In this document: piece by piece, positions 56,306 through 64,000 of the stretch
Numbering within the stretch: the first letter of the stretch is position 1
Layout: every line of letters begins with the position of its first letter
Assembly: GCA_964431835.1 (NCBI GenBank)
Contig: CAYSKO010000001.1
Span: 137,743 to 201,742 of the forward strand
Reading direction: 5' to 3'
Source: an uncultured Planctomycetia bacterium
Lineage (GTDB): Bacteria > Omnitrophota > Gorgyraeia > 2-02-FULL-51-18
Length of the DNA: 64,000 nt
Translations under genes and position numbers: made by a program
The notes under the pieces: model-generated
Databases searched by the model: none
What the model was told of the DNA's origin: nothing
Seen by the model: only the letters and a program-made list of their open reading frames with translations

Positions 56306-56542
56306 ATGCCTTACGACGCGAGTCTCGACAAGAAGCTGTTCTCGAAAGAATGGGAAGACGACGGCGGACGCCTGGTTGTCAGCGTGTTCTCCTACAACGC
56401 AGGCACGAAGAAACTTCAGATCTCGCGCGAGACGCGGGACGCTGAAGGGGAGTTCCGTTTCGCGAAGCTCGGCCGCATGACTAAGCCCGAGCTCGAGGCC
56501 GTCCTGCCTTACCTCAACGAAGCACTTCAGCACATGGATTGA
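56306..56542 (+). CDS. Small conserved protein, possibly PC4-like nucleic-acid binding
   Basis: VSVFSYN.G.KKLQISRE...FAKLGRMT. Confidence 0.55.
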   Translation: MPYDASLDKKLFSKEWEDDGGRLVVSVFSYNAGTKKLQISRETRDAEGEFRFAKLGRMTKPELEAVLPYLNEALQHMD

Positions 56543-56544
56543 CG

Positions 56545-58359
56545 ATGCCACGCGGCGGCGCTTACGCGTCCTTTCTCCGTTCGCCCGCGGCGCGCCAGTG
56601 GAAGCGCGTCGGCGCGAGGCGCCGTTCGGCCGTCGCGACGCCCCTTTTTTCTATCCGCTCCGAAGCGAGCGTCGGCGTGGGGGAGCTTCCGGATCTCAAA
56701 CTCCTGGCGGATTGGTGCGGTAAAACGGGAATTGGGATCATCCAGCTTCTACCGATGAACGACATCGGTTTTTCGTTTCGTCCGTACGACGCGGAAAGCT
56801 CGTTCGCCCTCGAACCGATGCATCTTTCGCCCGAATCGATCGCCGGAGTCCCGCGCGGCCGCTTCGAACGCGAGATCGCCGCGCTTCGCAAACGCTTTCC
56901 CGCCCAGCGCCGCTTCGACGTTTCCGTGAAGCGCGCCAAACTCGAGCTTTTCGCCCGCATCCACGAAGCCTTTCCTTCCGACGACTCCGCCGATTTCCAG
57001 CGTTTCCGCCAGAATAATACGGCGTGGCTCGATCCCTACGTCGCTTACCGCCTCTTGAAGGAAAAAATGAACGACGAAAGCTGGGAGCGCTGGCCCGCGG
57101 CTTACCGTGATCCCGCCGCCGGGAGTTCGGTCGAAAGCGAGAACCCCCGCCGCGCGGCGTTTCACCGCTGGCTCCAGTGGCAGCTTTTCCTCCAGCTCGC
57201 CGACGCTCGCCGCCACGCGAACGCGCGGGGCGTTCTCCTCATGGGAGACCTGCCGCTCCTGGTCTCGCGCGACTCCGCCGACGTCTGGGCGGAGCCCGCG
57301 GCTTTCAAGCTCGACCTCGCGGCCGGCGCGCCGCCGGACCTGTGTTTCGCGGGCGGTCAGAAATGGGGAATGCCGCCGTACGACTGGAGCCGCATCGAAT
57401 CGGACGATTACGGTTATCTCGTGCGGAAGCTGCAATACGCCGAGAATTTCTACGACCTTTTTCGTATCGATCACTTCGTGGGGCTCTTCCGCATCTGGTC
57501 GATTCCCAAGGACGCCTCGGGCGCGGAAGGATTCTTCGATCCTCCGGACGAGAGCGTCTGGGAGGAGCACGGACGGAAAATTGTCTCGACGGCGCTCGAC
57601 CGGACCGAGATGCTTCCGTGCGCCGAGGATCTGGGCACGGTGCCCGAATGTTCGTTCAAGATCCTGCGTGAGTTTGGGCTACCCGGCATGGACGTCCAGC
57701 GCTGGACGAAGACGGGCTGGGAGACGTACGACTTCCGCGCTCCCACCGCCTACCGCCTGAACTCCATGGCGACGTTGTCCACGCACGACCTCACGTCCTT
57801 CCGCGCGTGGTGGGAGTTCGAGGCGGGCACGGTCGACGCGATCGTGTTCGAGGCGAAATGCCGCAACCGCGACATCGACCCGCAATGGGCGCGCGAGCGT
57901 CTCTTCGACGAATCGCGCTCGGCGTACGGCCGCCTGCGCTGGAAAGCCGAGCTCCGCGATCCGGACGTGATTCCCGGCCTCCTACACCGCACCGAAAACG
58001 AAACGGGCGAAGTCGTGGATCTTTTCCGCTCGACGTTCGACGAGCGCGAGAAATTCTGGCGTTTTGCCGGACTTCCCGGAGATTTCGAAGGGCTCATGAG
58101 GCCCGCGCTCGCCGCCGCCGCGCTCCTGCGCTTGAACGAGGCAAGCTCCGTTTTCTCGAGCGCGCTCCTCCAAGACTGGCTATCGCTCGGCGACGCGCTC
58201 GCGGCTGAAGATCCCTGGAGCTTCCGGATCAATTTCCCGGGAACGGCCGACGCCGCGAACTGGCGGATGGTCCTGCCGCTCACTCTCGAAGAAATGCTCG
58301 ACCTGCCGATCAATTCCGAAATCCTAAAAATCAATCGAGCGACCAAGCGCGTTTCCTAA
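56545..58359 (+). CDS. malQ: 4-alpha-glucanotransferase (GH77)
   Basis: QLLPMND, GDLP, GAPPD, RIDH, AEDLG, THD, RINFPGT. Confidence 0.9.
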   Translation: MPRGGAYASFLRSPAARQWKRVGARRRSAVATPLFSIRSEASVGVGELPDLKLLADWCGKTGIGIIQLLPMNDIGFSFRPYDAESSFALEPMHLSPESIAGVPRGRFEREIAALRKRFPAQRRFDVSVKRAKLELFARIHEAFPSDDSADFQRFRQNNTAWLDPYVAYRLLKEKMNDESWERWPAAYRDPAAGSSVESENPRRAAFHRWLQWQLFLQLADARRHANARGVLLMGDLPLLVSRDSADVWAEPAAFKLDLAAGAPPDLCFAGGQKWGMPPYDWSRIESDDYGYLVRKLQYAENFYDLFRIDHFVGLFRIWSIPKDASGAEGFFDPPDESVWEEHGRKIVSTALDRTEMLPCAEDLGTVPECSFKILREFGLPGMDVQRWTKTGWETYDFRAPTAYRLNSMATLSTHDLTSFRAWWEFEAGTVDAIVFEAKCRNRDIDPQWARERLFDESRSAYGRLRWKAELRDPDVIPGLLHRTENETGEVVDLFRSTFDEREKFWRFAGLPGDFEGLMRPALAAAALLRLNEASSVFSSALLQDWLSLGDALAAEDPWSFRINFPGTADAANWRMVLPLTLEEMLDLPINSEILKINRATKRVS

Positions 58360-58392
58360 ACCTCCTCGTAACGTGTGGTATACTCGAAAGAT

Positions 58393-59208
58393 ATGAACGA
58401 AGAGGCCCTGCGGCGTGAACTGGAAGAGACGAAGAAGGCGCTGAACGACACGCGTGACGAGCTGGCCGCGCACGAAGGTCTCGTCCGTGTGGCGATGGAC
58501 GACATGCGCCGTATCTACGACGATTTTTTAGCGACTCAGACCCACCTGCACCACTCCGACAAACTCGCCACCGTCGGTCTTCTCACGGCCGGCATTGTTC
58601 ACGAGATCAATAACCCGCTCACCATCGTGCACGGCAACCTGACGCTTCTGCGCGACTCCGCGCTTTCGACCGAACAGGCCGAGCGGGTCGCGGATTCGAT
58701 CGAGGCGATCGAACGCATCATGGCGATTGTACGCGACATCCGCACGTTCTCCCGAACCGACAAGGGCGAGAGCGCTCCGCGGAATCTTAACGACGTTGTC
58801 GAGAGCGTCATCCGCCTGGTCACAAGCCAGATCAAGCACAAGGCCGCCACCGAGAGCACGTTCGGGAATTTGCCTCCGGTGAAGTGCAACGCTCAGCAGC
58901 TCTCGCAGGTCTTTCTGAATCTCCTCGTGAACGCCGCGCAGGCCATCCGGGACAGCGGCACGATCCGCGTGACCACGCGCGTCGAGGGCGCCCATGCCGC
59001 CGTCGACATCGCCGACGACGGCTGCGGCATGACGCCCGAGGTCAAGGCCCGGCTCTTCGAACCGTTCTTCACCACGAAGCCCGCGGAGCAGGGGACCGGG
59101 ATGGGTCTCATGATCTCCGCCGACATCGTCAAGCGGCACGGCGGCGAAATCCGCGTCGAAAGTACGCCCGGAAAGGGAACCGTCTTTACGGTACTCCTTC
59201 CGCTCTGA
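58393..59208 (+). CDS. Cytoplasmic histidine kinase (NtrB-like HisKA + HATPase, no sensor domain)
   Basis: HEINNPL, NLLVNA, DDGCG, FFTTK, GTGMGL. Confidence 0.9.
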   Translation: MNEEALRRELEETKKALNDTRDELAAHEGLVRVAMDDMRRIYDDFLATQTHLHHSDKLATVGLLTAGIVHEINNPLTIVHGNLTLLRDSALSTEQAERVADSIEAIERIMAIVRDIRTFSRTDKGESAPRNLNDVVESVIRLVTSQIKHKAATESTFGNLPPVKCNAQQLSQVFLNLLVNAAQAIRDSGTIRVTTRVEGAHAAVDIADDGCGMTPEVKARLFEPFFTTKPAEQGTGMGLMISADIVKRHGGEIRVESTPGKGTVFTVLLPL

Positions 59209-59254
59209 CGCAAAGCGCTCCCCGCGCGCCGCGCTTTGTGTTAAAATCCACTCG

Positions 59255-62020
59255 ATGACCATCGCCCAATCTCGCAAAGAACGAACCGACAAAAAAGAAG
59301 ACACGCTCGCTCCGCTCAAAAAGGACGTCCGTTTCCTGACGACGCTCCTAGGCGACGTCATCCGCGAGCGCGAGGGTGACAAACTCTTCCAGAAGATCGA
59401 GTCCATCCGGAACCTCGCCAAAAACGTCCGCCGCGAGTCGACCTCCGAATGGATAGCGGAGCAGAGGCGGCTCGTGCGTTCGTTCACGCCCGAAGAGGCG
59501 TTCAAGGTCGCGCGCGCTTTCACGATCCATTTTCAGCTCGTCAACATCGCCGAGGAAATGCACCGCGTCCGCCGCCTACGCGAATACGCGAAGGATCCGT
59601 CCCGTCCCCCCGAGATGTCCCTGCGCAAGCTGTTCCAGGATTTGAAGAAGGAGGGCCTCACCGCCGCCGAGGTCCGCCAATTCTTCTCGCGCATGGAAGT
59701 CGAACTCGTCCTCACCGCGCACCCCACCGAGGCGAAACGCCGCACTGTGCTCGATCATCTGCTTCGAATCGCCGGCCAGCTGCCGCTTTTCGGGGACTCG
59801 GACCTCACGGTGCGCGAGAACGATGAGATTTGCGAGAACATCAAGGAATCGCTCGAGATCCTCTGGCAGACCGCCGAGATCCGCCAGCGCAAGGTCGAGG
59901 TGATCGACGAAGTCTCCCAGACGCTCTTTTATTTCCAGCGCACGATCCTCGCGCTTCTGCCGGACCTCCAGCGGAACGCGCGCCGGGAGTTCCGCCGCGC
60001 CTTCGGCGAGGAAGGCGATCTTCCGCCGTTCGTCGCGTTCGGCTCGTGGGTCGGGGCGGACCGCGACGGTAATCCGAACGTCACCTGCGACGTGACCCGG
60101 CAGGCCGCGGGCATGCAGCAGGAGCTGATCTTTAAGAATTACCTCTCCGCGATCGAAAGCTGCATCCTGCGTTTCAGCCAGTCGCAGGACATCGCGCCCG
60201 TCTCCAAGCGCCTGCTCGAATCGATCGAAGCCGACCAGCGGCAGATGCCCGAAGAAGCCCGCGTCCTCCGCCGTTTCGAGTCGAACGAAGTGTATCGCCG
60301 TAAATTTTCCTTCATCCACCAGAGGCTCCTGAATTCGCTGGCCAACCGTTCGTCCAAAAAGCGTCTGCCCGGCTACGCCTCAGCCGAAGATTTCCTAGCC
60401 GATCTCGAGATCGTTCGCGAGAGCCTTGCTTCCAACGGAGGAGAGCTCGCCGCGCGCGAGCTCGGCCGGCTGACGGACCAGGTCCGTTCATTCGGGTTTC
60501 ATCTGGCCAGGCTCGATTTCCGCGACCACGCCAAGAAAGTGAACAAGGCCATGGCCGAACTCTTCCCTGGAGAGAACATCGACGAGGATTTCCTCGTGAA
60601 GAAAATCCTCTCGTCCGCGCCGCTTCCGCTCGGAGCGAAGCTTTCCGCCGAGTCGAAGGATATCCTCGACCAGCTCGAGACCATGCGCGAACTGCAGGAC
60701 CGCCGCGACGCGCGCTTCGCGGACGACTACATCTTGAGCATGACCGAATCGCCGAACGATCTTTTGGCGCTCTTCTACCTCGCGGCCCGGAAGGGCCTCA
60801 TCCGCGTGTCGAAGGGGAAGGTGGTCGAAGCGCGCGTGGGCATCGTCCCGCTTTTTGAAACCATCGGCTCGCTCGGTCGCGCGCGTGGCATCATGGAAAA
60901 GCTCTACGCGATACCGGTCTACAAGTCCTACCTCAAAGCGCGCGGCAATTCGCAGGAAGTCATGCTCGGTTATTCCGACAGCTCGAAGGACGGCGGTTAT
61001 CTCTCGGCTAATTGGAAACTCTACCTCGCCCAGAAGGATCTCGCGCGTTCCGCCGAGTCGCTCGGAATCCGACTCGAACTTTTCCACGGCAAGGGCGGTT
61101 CGATCGACCGCGGCGGCGGGGAATCGCACCGCGCGATTTTGGCCCAGCCGTATTCCGCCGCCGCCGGCCGCCTCAAGATCACCGAGCAGGGAGAGGTGAT
61201 CGCCCAGAAATACGCCAATCCCGTAATCGCCGAGCGCAACATCGAGCAGCTCGTCTCGGCCGTCGCCTGGACGAATCTCGTTTCGCGGCGTGAAGTCGAG
61301 AAGAACAAAAAATTACCGGTGTGGGAGAGCCGTCTCGAGGCGCTTTCCGAGCACTCGTTCACTTTTTACCGCGAACTCGTTTTTGGCACTCCCGGCTTCC
61401 TCGAGTTCTATTACCAAGCCACCCCGATCGGAGTCATGCAGATGACGAAGATCGGTTCACGGCCCGCAACCCGCGGCGGCAAGAAAGGCTTCGAAGACCT
61501 ACGCGCGATCCCGTGGGTTTTCAGCTGGATCCAGTCACGTTACATCATCTCCGCCTGGTACGGCATGGGCCACGCGCTCGAGGAATACGTGCGCGAGCGG
61601 GGGGAGTCCGCGATGGCGGAGCTGTGCGAGATGTACGAGGAGTGGCCGTTCTTCCGCTCACTCGTCCACAACGTCCAGACGTCTCTGGCGAAAACGGATC
61701 TCTCCATCGCCGCACAGTACACGGAACTGGTCGAGGACGCGGCTCTCCGGAAAACGATCCACGGACGCATCGCTGCCGAACACAAGCGTGCGGTGGAACA
61801 GGTTTTACGCGTTTCCTCCCAAAAAGAGCTCCTGGATTTCAACCGGACCCTGAAGGATTCTATCCGTCTCCGGAATCCCTATATCGACCCCCTCCACTAC
61901 CTTCAGATGCGCTGCTTGGCCGAAGTCCGGGCCGACGGCGCCCGCCCGGAATCGCTCCTCGAAGAGACCCTCCTTCTGACCGTAAACGGTATCGCCTTTG
62001 GAATGAAAAGCACCGGCTGA
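59255..62020 (+). CDS. ppc: Phosphoenolpyruvate carboxylase
   Basis: VLTAHPTE, GADRDGNP, VMLGYSDSSKDGG, LRAIPWVF, LRNPYIDPL. Confidence 0.96.
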   Translation: MTIAQSRKERTDKKEDTLAPLKKDVRFLTTLLGDVIREREGDKLFQKIESIRNLAKNVRRESTSEWIAEQRRLVRSFTPEEAFKVARAFTIHFQLVNIAEEMHRVRRLREYAKDPSRPPEMSLRKLFQDLKKEGLTAAEVRQFFSRMEVELVLTAHPTEAKRRTVLDHLLRIAGQLPLFGDSDLTVRENDEICENIKESLEILWQTAEIRQRKVEVIDEVSQTLFYFQRTILALLPDLQRNARREFRRAFGEEGDLPPFVAFGSWVGADRDGNPNVTCDVTRQAAGMQQELIFKNYLSAIESCILRFSQSQDIAPVSKRLLESIEADQRQMPEEARVLRRFESNEVYRRKFSFIHQRLLNSLANRSSKKRLPGYASAEDFLADLEIVRESLASNGGELAARELGRLTDQVRSFGFHLARLDFRDHAKKVNKAMAELFPGENIDEDFLVKKILSSAPLPLGAKLSAESKDILDQLETMRELQDRRDARFADDYILSMTESPNDLLALFYLAARKGLIRVSKGKVVEARVGIVPLFETIGSLGRARGIMEKLYAIPVYKSYLKARGNSQEVMLGYSDSSKDGGYLSANWKLYLAQKDLARSAESLGIRLELFHGKGGSIDRGGGESHRAILAQPYSAAAGRLKITEQGEVIAQKYANPVIAERNIEQLVSAVAWTNLVSRREVEKNKKLPVWESRLEALSEHSFTFYRELVFGTPGFLEFYYQATPIGVMQMTKIGSRPATRGGKKGFEDLRAIPWVFSWIQSRYIISAWYGMGHALEEYVRERGESAMAELCEMYEEWPFFRSLVHNVQTSLAKTDLSIAAQYTELVEDAALRKTIHGRIAAEHKRAVEQVLRVSSQKELLDFNRTLKDSIRLRNPYIDPLHYLQMRCLAEVRADGARPESLLEETLLLTVNGIAFGMKSTG

Positions 62021-62107
62021 AATTGCCGATTTACGCCCGCCTTTAAGCGTTGTATATTTAGCTGCTGTCTTAAGTTAGGGGGGATAGCCACTCATCAAGG
62101 AGGCATC

Positions 62108-62722
62108 ATGAAACGTACGGCAATGATCACCATGCTCTCGCTTTTCCTCGGCGCGTCTGCGTACGCCGAAACCATCGTGACGACGGACTCCGGTTCGAGC
62201 GTCGCGTACGACCGCGTCGGTCGCGTCGACTGGGGTATCCTGGGCGGCGGCGCGTTCAACGACACGATCGACGAGGCCGGCTACGTGCAGACCAGCGTTT
62301 CCTACGGCGTCACGCCGTGGATCGCGATCGGCGTGGAAGGCGGCTGGCAGCAGGCGGACGGCGCGGCGTCTCACGAAGAAACGGGTATCGTTCAGGTCAT
62401 GGGCGACATCATCGTCCGCGTCCCTGAGCACCCGTTCCACGAAGCACTCGTTCCGTACGGCGTGCTCGGTCTCGGCGTCATCGGTGTTTACACCGAAGCG
62501 GAGCCGACTGCCACGACGCAGAACGGCGACGATGCGGACGACACCGTGTTCGGCTGGAAGCTCGGCGCCGGTTTCGACTGGTTCCTCAACCAGAACTGGG
62601 CGATCAACTTCGAAGTCGCTTATTTCGACTCCTCGGAGCTCGATCTTGCTCCGACGTCGATGGGCAACAATGCCGAAATCGACTTCTGGACGGTCGGCGG
62701 CGGTCTGAAGTGGGTTTGGTAA
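62108..62722 (+). CDS. Outer-membrane beta-barrel protein (OmpW/OmpA-like)
   Basis: Signal peptide; amphipathic strands; terminal aromatic LKWVW; GGAGG SD. Confidence 0.8.
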   Translation: MKRTAMITMLSLFLGASAYAETIVTTDSGSSVAYDRVGRVDWGILGGGAFNDTIDEAGYVQTSVSYGVTPWIAIGVEGGWQQADGAASHEETGIVQVMGDIIVRVPEHPFHEALVPYGVLGLGVIGVYTEAEPTATTQNGDDADDTVFGWKLGAGFDWFLNQNWAINFEVAYFDSSELDLAPTSMGNNAEIDFWTVGGGLKWVW

Positions 62723-62732
62723 AGTAAGATTT

Positions 62733-62772
62733 AAAAAAGAAACCCCCGGAGGGAAACCTCCGGGGGTTTTTT
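62733..62772. terminator. Bidirectional intrinsic terminator
   Basis: AAACCCCCGGAGG-GAAA-CCTCCGGGGGTTT flanked by A and T tracts. Confidence 0.88.
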
Positions 62773-62785
62773 ATTTCTCCGCGCG

Positions 62786-62998
62786 TCAGCCCGGGCGCCG
62801 CCGGGGATCTTCGAGCAGGTAGCGCACTTCAGTTTCCGTCGCACCGAATTCGCGGGCCGTGGTGACGAATTCCGCGCAGTTTTCGTATCGTTCCTTCTGA
62901 AGCGCTTCCCGCAAGTACAAGAGCGCCGTAAGCCCAAGCGGGTGGCGCGTATTCCGTGCCGGGCGAGGGGAGTCGGCGTTCGGAGCCGTCTTCAACAT
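62786..62998 (-). CDS. Small hypothetical protein (70 aa)
   Basis: AGGAGG SD; ends at the bidirectional terminator. Confidence 0.7.
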   Translation of the reverse strand: MLKTAPNADSPRPARNTRHPLGLTALLYLREALQKERYENCAEFVTTAREFGATETEVRYLLEDPRRRPG

Positions 62999-63037
62999 GT
63001 TCGTTCCTCCTTTTTATTCGTTTAAATATACCCCAAC

Positions 63038-63234
63038 AAAAAAACCCACTGCCTACAGGCAATGGGTCGTCGGAACTCCTTATGGGAACGAAACCTAAAC
63101 TGCTACGTTCCCCTCCCGACCCACCGCCTTGCGCGACTTTCGCGCAATCAGAGCACAGCCCATCCACACCGGCGTTCCGGCGCGATACGCGAGTACTTCA
63201 TGATGGATCGTGAAATAGGATTTCATTTTTTACC
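63038..63234 (-). ncRNA. Structured attenuator-like 5' leader (terminator/antiterminator)
   Basis: Segment GACCCAUUGCC can pair with either GGCGGUGGGUC or GGCAGUGGGU+U tract; promoter TTGAAC-17-TAAAAT at 63269-63241. Confidence 0.6.
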
Positions 63235-63386
63235 TGAATTATTTTATCACGCCGCGGCCGGTCGTTCAAGCGAGTTTTAGGACCGTCGTTTTTGCGCGTT
63301 GACTCACGGGGAACGTAACCGGACGCTGCACACGTCGTCCCGGCCGGGTGCTTGACAGACGCGCCCGCGCCGCTTATGCTCGCCGA

Positions 63387-63977
63387 ATGACTCTTAAGCC
63401 GTCCGTCCGCCGACCTTTGTTTTCCGCGCTCCATCTCGTGACGCTGGGTGTCGCCGCCGTCGCCGCAGCCACGTTCGCTTTCGCACCGAAATCCCGTGCG
63501 GACCTTCCCGTGTATGGCCAGATCCCCGATTTCGCGCTCACTGGACACGATGGCGGGCCGCTCACGACCTCCTCGCTGGAAGGGAAGCCGTGGATCGGGG
63601 ATTTCATTTTCACCGGATGCCAAGGCCAATGCCTCGTGATGAACGAGCAAGTCGCGGGCCTGCGGGACGAGCTTTCCGGTGTGCGCTTCGTTTCGTTCAC
63701 CGCCGATCCGGAGCGTGATACCCCCGAAGTCCTCGCGCGTTACGCCGGGAAATACGGTGCGGACGTCGCCCGCTGGACGTTCGCGACGGGCCCGCGCGGG
63801 GAGCTCGACCGCGTCTCCGCGGCGCTCAAATTCGGACGTCTCGGGGATCCGCTCTTCCACAGCACGCGCCTCGTTCTCGTGGACGCCGCCGGCCGTGTGA
63901 GAGGGTATTACGATTCGAACGAACCTTCCGAGATCGACCGCCTCAAATCCCACGCTCGCTCGCTTGCCTCCTCCTAA
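63387..63977 (+). CDS. SCO family copper chaperone
   Basis: FIFTGCQGQC, DPERDTPE, HSTRLVLVD; TTGACA-17-TATGCT promoter. Confidence 0.88.
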   Translation: MTLKPSVRRPLFSALHLVTLGVAAVAAATFAFAPKSRADLPVYGQIPDFALTGHDGGPLTTSSLEGKPWIGDFIFTGCQGQCLVMNEQVAGLRDELSGVRFVSFTADPERDTPEVLARYAGKYGADVARWTFATGPRGELDRVSAALKFGRLGDPLFHSTRLVLVDAAGRVRGYYDSNEPSEIDRLKSHARSLASS

Positions 63978-64000
63978 AGAAAACCCCCGTTCGTTTTTTT

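Noticed and set aside
58350-58385. Possible TAA-box upstream of the histidine kinase
   Set aside because: Spacing is 12 and 10; better read as an extended -10 (TGgTATACT).
62021-62076. Possible TAA-box upstream of the OM barrel gene
   Set aside because: TA spacing (62032/62044/62059) does not fit the 10/11/11/15 geometry.
1-64000. Prophage, IS element or defence island
   Set aside because: No integrase, transposase, phage structural or recognisable defence genes; composition of coding regions looks uniform.

Overview
GC-rich bacterial chromosomal segment with about 70 mostly + strand genes and no recognisable rRNA, tRNA, CRISPR array, transposase or integrase. The lineage cannot be fixed from sequence alone (PVC/Omnitrophota-like is only a guess). 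Housekeeping genes (uup-like ABC-F, glpX, ogt, RluA-family synthase, rlmH, tex, leuCD, malQ, ppc) are interleaved with general-stress-type genes (katE, GH15, hemerythrin, DUF326 Cu-storage protein, DUF3309, YihY, BON, entericidin-like lipoproteins, RRM protein, single-domain receivers). The most striking signal is non-coding: an AT-rich element with fixed geometry, RTTAR-N6-YTAAT-N6-YTAA-N7-YTAA-N12-TANNNT (TA dinucleotides at 0/10/21/32, -10 hexamer at +47). It occurs 18 times, all on the + strand (12 complete, 3 three-unit, 3 orphan/partial), mostly upstream of stress genes, and suggests an undescribed regulon. Other observations: an ANTAR twin-hairpin terminator ahead of a nif-less NifI2/NifI1-like PII pair and a broken moeA; two mini-ORFs made of two-component-system fragments; a GAAC-N4-GTTC SOS box in the promoter of a PA0069/SplB-like radical SAM gene; an attenuator-like leader near the right end; three unannotated tandem lipoproteins; and widespread leaderless-type promoters.
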